Assembly: GCA_016125035.1 (NCBI GenBank)
Contig: WGMN01000016.1
Coordinates: 1,554-65,553, forward strand
Source: Pseudomonadota bacterium
GTDB taxonomy: Bacteria > Pseudomonadota > Alphaproteobacteria > UBA2136 > UBA6156
Direction of reading: 5' to 3'
Length of the DNA: 64,000 bases
Shown here: positions 1 through 7,570 of the stretch, one piece after another
Layout: every line of letters starts with the position of its first letter
Position numbering within the stretch: position 1 is the stretch's first letter
The notes under the pieces: generated by a model
Told to the model about the DNA's origin: nothing
Seen by the model: the letters and a program-made list of their open reading frames with translations, nothing else
The model's database searches: none
Position numbers and translations under genes: made by a program

Positions 1-1
1 G

Positions 2-271
2 CTGGCCCACGGCGCCCCCGGCCTGCTGCTGGGCGAGGGGGCCGAGGCCCGCCGCAAACTGCTGGAGGCCCTGGCGCAGAATCAATCCATCCCATTGAAC
101 ACACAAGGTTTATTGCCCACCCTGCTGCAATACCTGGCCGACCAGCCGGCCAACCTTGCCACCGCGCAAACCTACGCCAGAATCGCCCAACTCCTTGCCA
201 AACAACAACAAATCAATCTGCCGCAAGCCCTGGTCAATGAGGCCGCCCTGGCCCACCTCCCTAGAACCTAG
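2..271 (+). CDS. 3' end of a gene truncated by the window edge (possibly a HolB-like DNA polymerase III delta-prime C-terminus)
   Basis: The frame is open from position 2 to TAG at 269-271 (...LAHGAPGLLLGEG...EAALAHLPRT*). It ends 12 nt before the tatD start. The HolB guess rests only on weak motif resemblance and common synteny. Confidence 0.3.
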   Translation: MAHGAPGLLLGEGAEARRKLLEALAQNQSIPLNTQGLLPTLLQYLADQPANLATAQTYARIAQLLAKQQQINLPQALVNEAALAHLPRT

Positions 272-283
272 CTCCCAGCCCCC

Positions 284-1072
284 ATGCTCATCGATACCCA
301 CTGCCACCTCCTCCACGCCCGCTACGCAGACGAACCCGCCGTAACGCCCACGCAACTCATTGAAGAGTCAATAAAAAACAATGTACTCCAATGCATCGGC
401 ATCGCCTGCGAACGCGCCGAGTGGCAGCCTTACCAGGCCCTCGCCGCCGCCCACCCCGCGCAGGTTTTCCTCGCCGTGGGCATCCATCCGCAAAGCGCCG
501 GGGAAGGGGGCCAAACCACGGAAGAAGAACTGCTTTCCCTCGCGCAAAACCCGCAGGTGGTCGCCTTCGGCGAAACCGGCCTCGACTATCATTTTGAGGA
601 CAACGCCCCCAAACCCGCGCAACAAACCAGCTTCCACACCCACCTGGAAGTTGCCCAAAAGGCTGGGCTTCCGGCCGTCATCCACACCCGCGACGCCGAG
701 GCCGACACCCTCGCCATCCTCGCCGAGCACCCCCACGCGCGCTTCGTCCTGCACAGCTTTACCGGCAGCCGCGCGCTGGCGGAAAAAGCCGTAGAGCAGG
801 GGGGCTACATCAGCTTTTCCGGCATTCTCACCTTTAAAAAATCCACAGAACTGCGCCAAATCGCAAGCATTCTCCCGCGCGAAAAAGTGCTGGTGGAAAC
901 CGACGCCCCCTACCTGGCGCCCGAGCCCGTGCGCGGCCGCCGCTGCACTCCCGCCATGGTGGCGCACACGGCGGCGGTGCTGGCGCAGGTGTGGCAGTGC
1001 AGCACCGCCGAGGCCGCCCAAATCACCAGCGCCAACGCGCGCGCGCTGTTCACGCGCCTCGCCGCCGCCTAA
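284..1072 (+). CDS. tatD: TatD family metal-dependent hydrolase/DNase
   Basis: 262 aa. Carries the TatD motifs MLIDTHCHL, GETGLDY, VIHTRDA, HSFTG and ETDAPYL. Confidence 0.9.
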   Translation: MLIDTHCHLLHARYADEPAVTPTQLIEESIKNNVLQCIGIACERAEWQPYQALAAAHPAQVFLAVGIHPQSAGEGGQTTEEELLSLAQNPQVVAFGETGLDYHFEDNAPKPAQQTSFHTHLEVAQKAGLPAVIHTRDAEADTLAILAEHPHARFVLHSFTGSRALAEKAVEQGGYISFSGILTFKKSTELRQIASILPREKVLVETDAPYLAPEPVRGRRCTPAMVAHTAAVLAQVWQCSTAEAAQITSANARALFTRLAAA

Positions 1073-1082
1073 ACTGGCCGCC

Positions 1083-2252
1083 ATGGCCAATAAGCAGAAT
1101 TCCTCCGGCAATAAAAAACCCGGTTTTTTCAAGTCGATGACCGGCGCGCTCGACGACGTCATCAACGAGATCAAAGCCGACGTCCAATCCATGACCCCGC
1201 CGGACGCCGGCAAGGAAGACCCGCGCCTGGCGCGCGAAAAGGCGGAAGAAGCCGCGCGCATCGCCGCCCTGGTCAACCAGTCCTCCATGGGCCTGGCGGT
1301 GGGTGGCGCCGAGGACGAGCCCTACAGCGAGCCGCCGCCGGAAGAAGATGACCGCCCCCAGCCGGCCAAACCCAAGGCCCTGGGCCTGCCCAGCGGCAAC
1401 CTCTGGCAGGCGCTCAAAAATCCCGAGCTCACCACCCGCTTCCACGCCGATATCGCCTTCCACGCCCTCACCACCGGAGACCTCAAGCAATATTACGAAG
1501 CCGTCGCCAGCGAAAGTAAAGCCCCGTTCACGCTCGGCCTGCTGGCCATCAATCTGTCCCCGCTCACGGCGGAAGAACTGGCCGATCCGGCCTACCAGCC
1601 AGATAGCTTCTCCTATCTCATGTCGCGCGTGGTGCAAGACGAACCCCGCGTTTTCGGCGCCATCGGCGCAGGGCCGCGCCACCTGTGGGACGATCTCGAC
1701 GTGATGGACGACTACTTCACAAACTTCCTCAACAACAACGCCAAGGTTATCGCGCTGGGCCCCGTTGGGCTCGACGAACCCTTCGCCCCCTACAGCATTG
1801 CCCAGCAGCAGGCCCAGCTGGCCCGCCAGCTCGAGATCGCGGCCGATTTCTCGCTCCCGGTCATTCTCACCAACCGCAACAGCCACGCCAAGCTGGCTGA
1901 AATTCTCGCTGCCTCTTCCAACCTACCGCCACTGGTCTACTACCCGCCGCTGGTGGCCGAGGCCGACCTCAACCTGGTCAAGCAGTTCAACATGTACGCC
2001 GTGCTGCGGCCAGAGATCACCGCCCCCGATTTCGCCGGCAGCCCCTATTACCAGGCTATTCCAGCCAACCGCCTGCTCATGGCGTCGGGTAGCGCGCTGG
2101 TGGCGCCGCATGGCTTCGCCGGGCATTTCAACCAACCCAAGTACATGGCCACCACTCTGGAAGCCGCGGCCAAAATGCTCTCCCGCAAACCGGCAGAACT
2201 CCAAGCCCAAACCAACCGCAACCTCACCACCCTCTTCCCGCAGATCTCGTAA
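1083..2252 (+). CDS. TatD-like paralog with a disordered N-terminal extension and degenerate metal-binding motifs
   Basis: 389 aa. The C-terminal ~240 aa align with the TatD fold, but the motifs are altered: ALGPVGLDE replaces GE.GLD, VILTNRNSH replaces IIH.R, and ASGSALVAP replaces ETDAPYL. The N-terminal ~150 aa are low-complexity (K/E/P/A-rich). Confidence 0.7.
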   Translation: MANKQNSSGNKKPGFFKSMTGALDDVINEIKADVQSMTPPDAGKEDPRLAREKAEEAARIAALVNQSSMGLAVGGAEDEPYSEPPPEEDDRPQPAKPKALGLPSGNLWQALKNPELTTRFHADIAFHALTTGDLKQYYEAVASESKAPFTLGLLAINLSPLTAEELADPAYQPDSFSYLMSRVVQDEPRVFGAIGAGPRHLWDDLDVMDDYFTNFLNNNAKVIALGPVGLDEPFAPYSIAQQQAQLARQLEIAADFSLPVILTNRNSHAKLAEILAASSNLPPLVYYPPLVAEADLNLVKQFNMYAVLRPEITAPDFAGSPYYQAIPANRLLMASGSALVAPHGFAGHFNQPKYMATTLEAAAKMLSRKPAELQAQTNRNLTTLFPQIS

Positions 2253-2259
2253 GCACAGC

Positions 2260-2703
2260 ATGCCGCTGCCCTGGCAAATCTTCACCGTACTGGCCGCCGC
2301 GGGCCTTTCCATGGGGGCGTTCGGCTACCGCGTCGGCGGCACCAGTGGAGACCTCCTGCTGTTCATCATCTTCATGTCCGTGGGCAACCTTGCGGGCCAT
2401 CTCATGTCCATGCCGGTGGTGGTGGGGAAGGGGGGCTGGGCGCGCCTGCAGCTCAATCCGCTCGCCATACGCATGGCCCTGGGGCTCGGCACCGTCTACA
2501 CGGTCAATGAGCTTCTGGTCATGCTGGCCTACAAAAACGGCGCGGAAATGTCGGTGTTCTCGCCCGTCGGCACGGTCAGCGGGCTTATGCTTTCCGTGCT
2601 CATGGGGGTGTTCATGTTCAAAGAGCATCTCTCCCGCCGCCACATCGCCGGCCTCGCCCTCGCGCTCTCCGGCATCATCTGCATCAGTGCCGCCTCATGG
2701 TAA
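2260..2703 (+). CDS. small EamA/DMT-type multi-pass membrane protein (first of an overlapping pair)
   Basis: Internal ATG at 2260 within ORF 1765..2703 (MPLPWQIFTVLAAAGLS...). Contains 4-5 hydrophobic helices. Its stop overlaps the next start (ATGGTAA at 2697-2703). Confidence 0.6.
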   Translation: MPLPWQIFTVLAAAGLSMGAFGYRVGGTSGDLLLFIIFMSVGNLAGHLMSMPVVVGKGGWARLQLNPLAIRMALGLGTVYTVNELLVMLAYKNGAEMSVFSPVGTVSGLMLSVLMGVFMFKEHLSRRHIAGLALALSGIICISAASW

Positions 2704-3206
2704 ATTTCCTCACCACCCAACCCTGGCCGGTGTACCTGGTGCTGTTCATCTTTTGCGCGCGGCTTGGCGCACTCACCCTCAAGCTGCTGCCGCCGCACAT
2801 CAACCCGTCGGTGTTTTCCTTCCTCACCACGGCGGTCAGCCTGGCGCTCTACCTCGTCGGCTGGCTGGCCGCGGGCAGGGGGGCGGAACCCTTCACCTCC
2901 TTCCTGTTCAACCCGCTCGGCTGGCTGGCACTGGCCACCGGTTTTTGCATGGCACTTTATGATGTCTCCAGCATCCTCATGTACCGGGCAGGTGCCCCGT
3001 TTGGCCCCAGTTACGCCCTTATCCGCGTTTTCACCATCCTCAGCGCCACCGCCTTCGGCCTTTTCCTCTTCGCCGAGGGCATGCCCCCGCTCAAAATCGC
3101 CGGTATCGCCCTGTGCCTGGCCGGCATCTTCCTGCTGGTATCCCCCGCCAAACCGCAAAAACCCGCCAAAACCCGCCGCCCCAAAGCCCAAGGGCAGGGG
3201 GCTTGA
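2697..3206 (+). CDS. small EamA/DMT-type multi-pass membrane protein (second of the pair)
   Basis: 169 aa, about 5 hydrophobic helices and a basic C-terminal tail. Overlaps the previous gene by 7 nt, so the two are probably translationally coupled (an ArnE/ArnF-like arrangement). Confidence 0.6.
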   Translation: MVNFLTTQPWPVYLVLFIFCARLGALTLKLLPPHINPSVFSFLTTAVSLALYLVGWLAAGRGAEPFTSFLFNPLGWLALATGFCMALYDVSSILMYRAGAPFGPSYALIRVFTILSATAFGLFLFAEGMPPLKIAGIALCLAGIFLLVSPAKPQKPAKTRRPKAQGQGA

Positions 3207-3280
3207 CCCCCCGCCCAACCCCCTGTAAACACGTATACATATAAAGCATTTCCATCACAGGCCAACCGGAGGACTCCGCC

Positions 3281-3982
3281 ATGCCTGATACCCAAGCCCC
3301 CACGCTTGAAAACGTCGACATCTCGCGCGAATCCAGCTGGTGGCGCCTGCAATCCATCGCGCTGGAACTTGCCCGCCGGCCATACCTGGCCGACCGGAAA
3401 CTCACCGCCAAGCACCTTCTGCCGCTGCGGCCAGAGTTGCAGGAGACGGTGCCGCCGCAGGCGGAGCTCAAGTGTGTCGGCACCACCAAGGCCGAAGAGC
3501 CCCCTGGTCGCCTCGAGGTCAACTGGTACAGCAGTGAAGGGCTCAAGGAGGTCCGCTGGATCAGCCGCGAAACCGGCAAGCCTTACTTCACGGCCACCTG
3601 GCTCAAAGGCAATCGCACGCACAGCCGCTGGCTCTTGCGCTACACCGGCCTGCCCACGCTGGAGCACAACGCCTACGTCACGGTCTGCGCCTACATGTCA
3701 TCTGTCGTCCCGCCGATGGATGCCGCCGTGGCCCATCTGATGCTGGCAGTGCGCAAAACCACCCAAAAGGGGCGGCAAGCCAGGGTCAAACGCTGGGTGG
3801 ATGCCATCGCCGCCAGCGATGCCGATCCCATCGAGGTCCTGCTCACCTTGCACCAGAAGTTCCCGGCCTACCTCAACAGGGCGGTGAACGAAACGGGCAC
3901 CGTCACGCAGCAAATCCTGCGCGACGGCCTGCTGGAATTGCGCACCATCATGCGCAAGCATCAGGCTCAAGCCGCAACCTAG
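3281..3982 (+). CDS. hypothetical protein
   Basis: 233-aa ORF with a GGAGG Shine-Dalgarno 7 nt upstream. An AT-rich GTATAC-containing promoter-like stretch lies at 3225-3245. No family recognised. Confidence 0.5.
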   Translation: MPDTQAPTLENVDISRESSWWRLQSIALELARRPYLADRKLTAKHLLPLRPELQETVPPQAELKCVGTTKAEEPPGRLEVNWYSSEGLKEVRWISRETGKPYFTATWLKGNRTHSRWLLRYTGLPTLEHNAYVTVCAYMSSVVPPMDAAVAHLMLAVRKTTQKGRQARVKRWVDAIAASDADPIEVLLTLHQKFPAYLNRAVNETGTVTQQILRDGLLELRTIMRKHQAQAAT

Positions 3983-4299
3983 GCCTGACCAGCCAACAAC
4001 CAGGCCCGGGGGCAACCCCGGGCTTAACTCATTCCAAAGCCCCAACCGGCCAATGAACCTTCATAAGGGGAGTCCCGCCAAACCCATTCCCAGCCCGTTC
4101 TGCGCAGAGCTTTATTTAACATAATATAAATTATACGAACTAACGCGAGGGCAAAATCGGCAACCCGCCGCCATTCCCCGGCATGCCCCTTTTACGGGGT
4201 TGAAAGTTTTTCCACATGCGTTCCCCCCTTAACCCTTGTCGTTTTTTTATCCGTCCGCGCGCATCGTCGGTGCCATCACCAACAAAAGGATGACAGATC

Positions 4300-4692
4300 A
4301 TGAAGACCACTTTCGCAATTCCCGCACTGGCGCTTTTTGCCGCCGCTGCGGCACTTCCCGCCTATGCGGCCGATGTCTCCGCGCACACCAGCGCCCAGGT
4401 CGGCAGCATGGCCGGCACCAATACCGGCATGGAAGGCAAAGTCTACTCCGGCACCTCCACTCCCTCCGAGGCCAGCCTGCACACCATGCTGCCCGCCGGC
4501 ACACATAGCTATACCTACTACTCCACTTCCCGCGTCTATTACGCGCCAGATACCCAAACCTACTACTACCCCGCGGCGGGCAACGTGTGGGTCACCGGCA
4601 CCGTGGCGCCCGAAGGGGTTAAGCTCGGCAACGGCACCAACGTGCAGCTGCAAGGCCTCGGCGCCACCAACGAGAACACCATCAGCAAATAA
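4300..4692 (+). CDS. secreted hypothetical protein
   Basis: 130 aa with signal peptide MKTTFAIPALALFAAAAALPAYA. Rich in Thr/Tyr/Gly. Followed by a strong terminator. Confidence 0.6.
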   Translation: MKTTFAIPALALFAAAAALPAYAADVSAHTSAQVGSMAGTNTGMEGKVYSGTSTPSEASLHTMLPAGTHSYTYYSTSRVYYAPDTQTYYYPAAGNVWVTGTVAPEGVKLGNGTNVQLQGLGATNENTISK

Positions 4693-4715
4693 CGCGGGCC
4701 TTCCATTCCCAAAGC

Positions 4716-4742
4716 AAAACGCCGGCTGCAAGCCGGCGTTTT
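4716..4742. terminator. bidirectional rho-independent terminator
   Basis: aaaacgccggc-tgcaa-gccggcgtttt. An A-tract and a T-tract flank an 11-bp stem between convergent genes. Confidence 0.7.
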
Positions 4743-4758
4743 GCTACCGAATCAACAA

Positions 4759-4962
4759 CTACTTCCGGCGCCCGTGATCAGGGCTGTCCGGAGTAACGTG
4801 AACGGGCTTCCACGTATGCCCGCTCTCGCTCGTCGGCGGCAACCGCCTGCCGTCCGAAACGGTCACATAGTTATCGATTTTCCCGCCGCGCGGGCCGATC
4901 TCCTGGTAGATGCCGCCGCGGTTGCCGACTTCACTGCCAGGGTTCTTGGGGGTGTTCGCCAT
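4759..4962 (-). CDS. YjzC-like small protein
   Basis: Internal ATG at 4962 with an AAGGGAG Shine-Dalgarno. MANTPKNPGSEVGNRGGIYQEIGPRGGKIDNYVTVSDGRRLPPTSESGHTWKPV resembles the YjzC family pattern (G.Y.EIG..G...V...G.R.P.T....W), recalled from memory. Confidence 0.5.
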   Translation of the reverse strand: MANTPKNPGSEVGNRGGIYQEIGPRGGKIDNYVTVSDGRRLPPTSESGHTWKPVHVTPDSPDHGRRK

Positions 4963-5299
4963 GTTAAGCGCTCCCTTTGTTTTCACATTCCGCCACACAC
5001 CCATGACCAAAATTTGGGTGGGACGGGTTGTCATCTGGCAAAGGGCTGCTAAATTGCAGGGGCAGAGAATTCAACTGCACTGTAAGTTAGAGCCTGGTCT
5101 CTTTCTTAAAGCCGAATGCCATCCGTTGCTGCGGGTGGCATTCTCCTTTAGGGAAGCTTCACCATTGCCTTCACCATAGGCCCCTCATCCCCTCAGGCAA
5201 GATGTTGTAAGGCGCTGAGGTTGCCGATAAACAGCTGATAAAACGCCCGCCAGCGCCCCGTTTTTAAGCAGTTATCCACACCCATGTGTGTCTTTTGTG

Positions 5300-7195
5300 T
5301 CACTTAACCTTCCCCTGCCACCAACACGCCATGCAAAGCGCCAGCACGGTATAAGCCCCATCCACCTTGCCCTCACGCGTGCGCCGCCAAAAATCTTGCA
5401 CCGCCTGCGCATCAAACCACTCCGCCTGGCCGCCCATCAACGTGTCTTCCACCAGCGCACGCCCATCCCCCACCAGCCAGCTCCTAATCGGCGCGCCAAA
5501 CCCGCTTTTGCTGCGGGTTAAAACCCGTTCCGGCAAGCGCTCTTTCTGGCTTTCCTTAAACATCGCTTTGGCGTCAAAGCCGCGCATCTTCACTGCCGGG
5601 TCCACGTCCGCCATCCACGCCAGCAGCCTGCGGTCGGTAAAGGGCACGCGCACCTCCACACCCGCCGCCATGCTGGCTTTGTCGCCGTAGTTCAGGTTGT
5701 GGTCGGGCAAAAAGCCGAACAATTCAGCATAAAGCAAACGGTTCACCAAATCCTGCCCCGCGCTTTCCTCCGCCGCCAGGTCCAGGTCGGTGTGCCAGCC
5801 GGCAGCCACCTGGGCGCGCAAATCCGGGTGCAGCAATTCCCATGCATCGGGCTGGCTGTTGGTCATAAAGGCCTCGCGCAAAAAGCGCTCTTCGCTTACC
5901 CCCAAAAGCCTGGCCAGCCGCCCTGCCCGGCGCTGTTTTGCCCCTTGCGGCAACATCTTCGCCGCGCCTTGCAGCATGGCCGCCGCCGGGTGCCGCAAAG
6001 CGCCCAGCCGCTGCCGCAGCCGTGCGGTCACATGGCGCCGGTAGCCGCTCATCACGTCATCACCGCCGGTGCCGCTCATCAGCAACTTCAAGCCGTCGCT
6101 GCGCGCGGCACGCGCAATGTCTTCCACAAACAGCGGTGCGGGGTCGGCGGTAGGCTCGTCCAGCAACTCCGCCAATCCCGGCAACCTCCCCAACACCCCT
6201 GCCGCATCCACCCGCACTTCGCTTAACATAATATCATAACGCTCCGCAACTTCGCGTGCATAATCAATATCTTCTCCAAATCCCTCGCTGGCCATCCCCG
6301 CCCCGGCAAAGCTGATGCAATACGCCCCCGCCACATCCACGCCACTCGCCGCCATGCTGGCCACAATCGCCGAACTATCCACCCCGCCGGAAAGGAACGC
6401 CCCCACCGGCACGTCGCTCACACACTGCTCTTTCACCACCGCGTCAAACACGTCGCGCAAGCCTTCGGCAGTTTTGCTGCCATCATAAGCCGGCCCTTCG
6501 CTGGTCAAGGGCGCCTGCGGCGGCGCATACCAGCGCCCACCTTCCAGCTTCACTCCCCCCTTCCCGGCCCTGGCGCGCAGCCAATGGCCCGGCCGCAGCT
6601 TCTTCACGCCGCGCACCATGGTGCGCTCGCTGGGCGTCCACAAAAAGGTCAGGTATTCGGCCAGGCCGTGGGCATCCACTCCGCGCTCCAGCCCCTCCAC
6701 GCCGGCCAGAGCCTTCAGCTCGCTGGCAAAAACCAGGCCTTTTTCGCTATTCGCATAATAAAACGGCTTAATGCCCGCATGGTCGCGCGCACAAAAAAGC
6801 TCGCCCTTCTCGCGGTCCCATATCGCAAAGGCGAACATCCCCTCCAACTTGTCCATCATGCCTTCGCCATACAGGTCGTAAAGTGGGGCCAGCACGGCGG
6901 TGTCGCTGTGTTCGTTAAAGGCGTAGCCCTGCGCGCGCAGCACCGGCACCAGGCTCTGGTAGTTATAGATCTCACCGTTAAAGGTCACCACATAACGCCC
7001 ATCCACCGCCTGCATCGGCTGGCTGGCGGCGTTGCTCAAATCAATAATGGAGAGCCTGCGGTGCGCTAAGCCCACGCCCGCCTTGGCGTCTTTCCATACA
7101 CCATAACCATCGGGCCCGCGGTGGGCCAGACGCTCGCAAAAATCCTCCAGCAGCGCGGGTTTAAAGCCGCCTAAAAATCCGGCGATGCCGCACAC
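5300..7195 (-). CDS. asnB: asparagine synthase (glutamine-hydrolysing)
   Basis: 631 aa. N-terminal MCGIAGF Ntn-amidotransferase nucleophile (GTG start) and an SGGVDSS PP-loop. Confidence 0.9.
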   Translation of the reverse strand: MCGIAGFLGGFKPALLEDFCERLAHRGPDGYGVWKDAKAGVGLAHRRLSIIDLSNAASQPMQAVDGRYVVTFNGEIYNYQSLVPVLRAQGYAFNEHSDTAVLAPLYDLYGEGMMDKLEGMFAFAIWDREKGELFCARDHAGIKPFYYANSEKGLVFASELKALAGVEGLERGVDAHGLAEYLTFLWTPSERTMVRGVKKLRPGHWLRARAGKGGVKLEGGRWYAPPQAPLTSEGPAYDGSKTAEGLRDVFDAVVKEQCVSDVPVGAFLSGGVDSSAIVASMAASGVDVAGAYCISFAGAGMASEGFGEDIDYAREVAERYDIMLSEVRVDAAGVLGRLPGLAELLDEPTADPAPLFVEDIARAARSDGLKLLMSGTGGDDVMSGYRRHVTARLRQRLGALRHPAAAMLQGAAKMLPQGAKQRRAGRLARLLGVSEERFLREAFMTNSQPDAWELLHPDLRAQVAAGWHTDLDLAAEESAGQDLVNRLLYAELFGFLPDHNLNYGDKASMAAGVEVRVPFTDRRLLAWMADVDPAVKMRGFDAKAMFKESQKERLPERVLTRSKSGFGAPIRSWLVGDGRALVEDTLMGGQAEWFDAQAVQDFWRRTREGKVDGAYTVLALCMACWWQGKVK

Positions 7196-7198
7196 GGG

Positions 7199-7351
7199 TT
7201 ACTCGCCGCCCTCGGGCGCGGGCTCATGGGCGTTAATGCGGTGCAGCCTCTCGCCGCCTTGCTTCAGGTCGTTGCCGAAGCCTTCCAGCGTGTGCCCGCC
7301 GCCCAGCAGAACAATGCCGCCCAAGATCACAATAATAATCACTGCCGCCAT
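7199..7351 (-). CDS. small hydrophobic protein (50 aa), below the ORF-track cutoff
   Basis: ATG at 7351 preceded by GGGGAGA. Sequence MAAVIIIVILGGIVLLGGGHTLEGFGNDLKQGGERLHRINAHEPAPEGGE*. Lies directly upstream of asnB and next to the entericidin-like gene. Confidence 0.4.
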   Translation of the reverse strand: MAAVIIIVILGGIVLLGGGHTLEGFGNDLKQGGERLHRINAHEPAPEGGE

Positions 7352-7379
7352 GGTGGTTCTCCCCCGATTTTATTGGTTG

Positions 7380-7505
7380 TTAAAACGTGCGGTCCATCGC
7401 TTCGCCGGTGTTTTCAATATCCTTGCCCACGCCCTTCACGGTTTCGCAGGCAGCCAGGCTTACGCCGGCAATCGCCAAAGCCATCAGCACCATCACAACA
7501 CGCAT
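7380..7505 (-). CDS. entericidin A/B family lipoprotein
   Basis: Internal ATG at 7505 with an AAGGGA Shine-Dalgarno. MRVVMVLMALAIAGVSLAAC lipobox followed by ETVKGVGKDIENTGEAM, which matches the Ecn pattern C.T..G.G.DI...G.A. Confidence 0.7.
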   Translation of the reverse strand: MRVVMVLMALAIAGVSLAACETVKGVGKDIENTGEAMDRTF

Positions 7506-7570
7506 CGTTTTTCCCTTTGTTTCAATTTCACCCACTCTACAACCTCCCACCTGCAACCTACAACCTTCTC

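Noticed and set aside
4236-4777. Overlapping ORFs around the 4300..4692 gene (4236..4508, 4276..4731 minus, 4337..4777).
   Set aside because: Only the 4300 frame has a signal peptide, a sensible composition and a terminator directly after its stop. The others are frame shadows.
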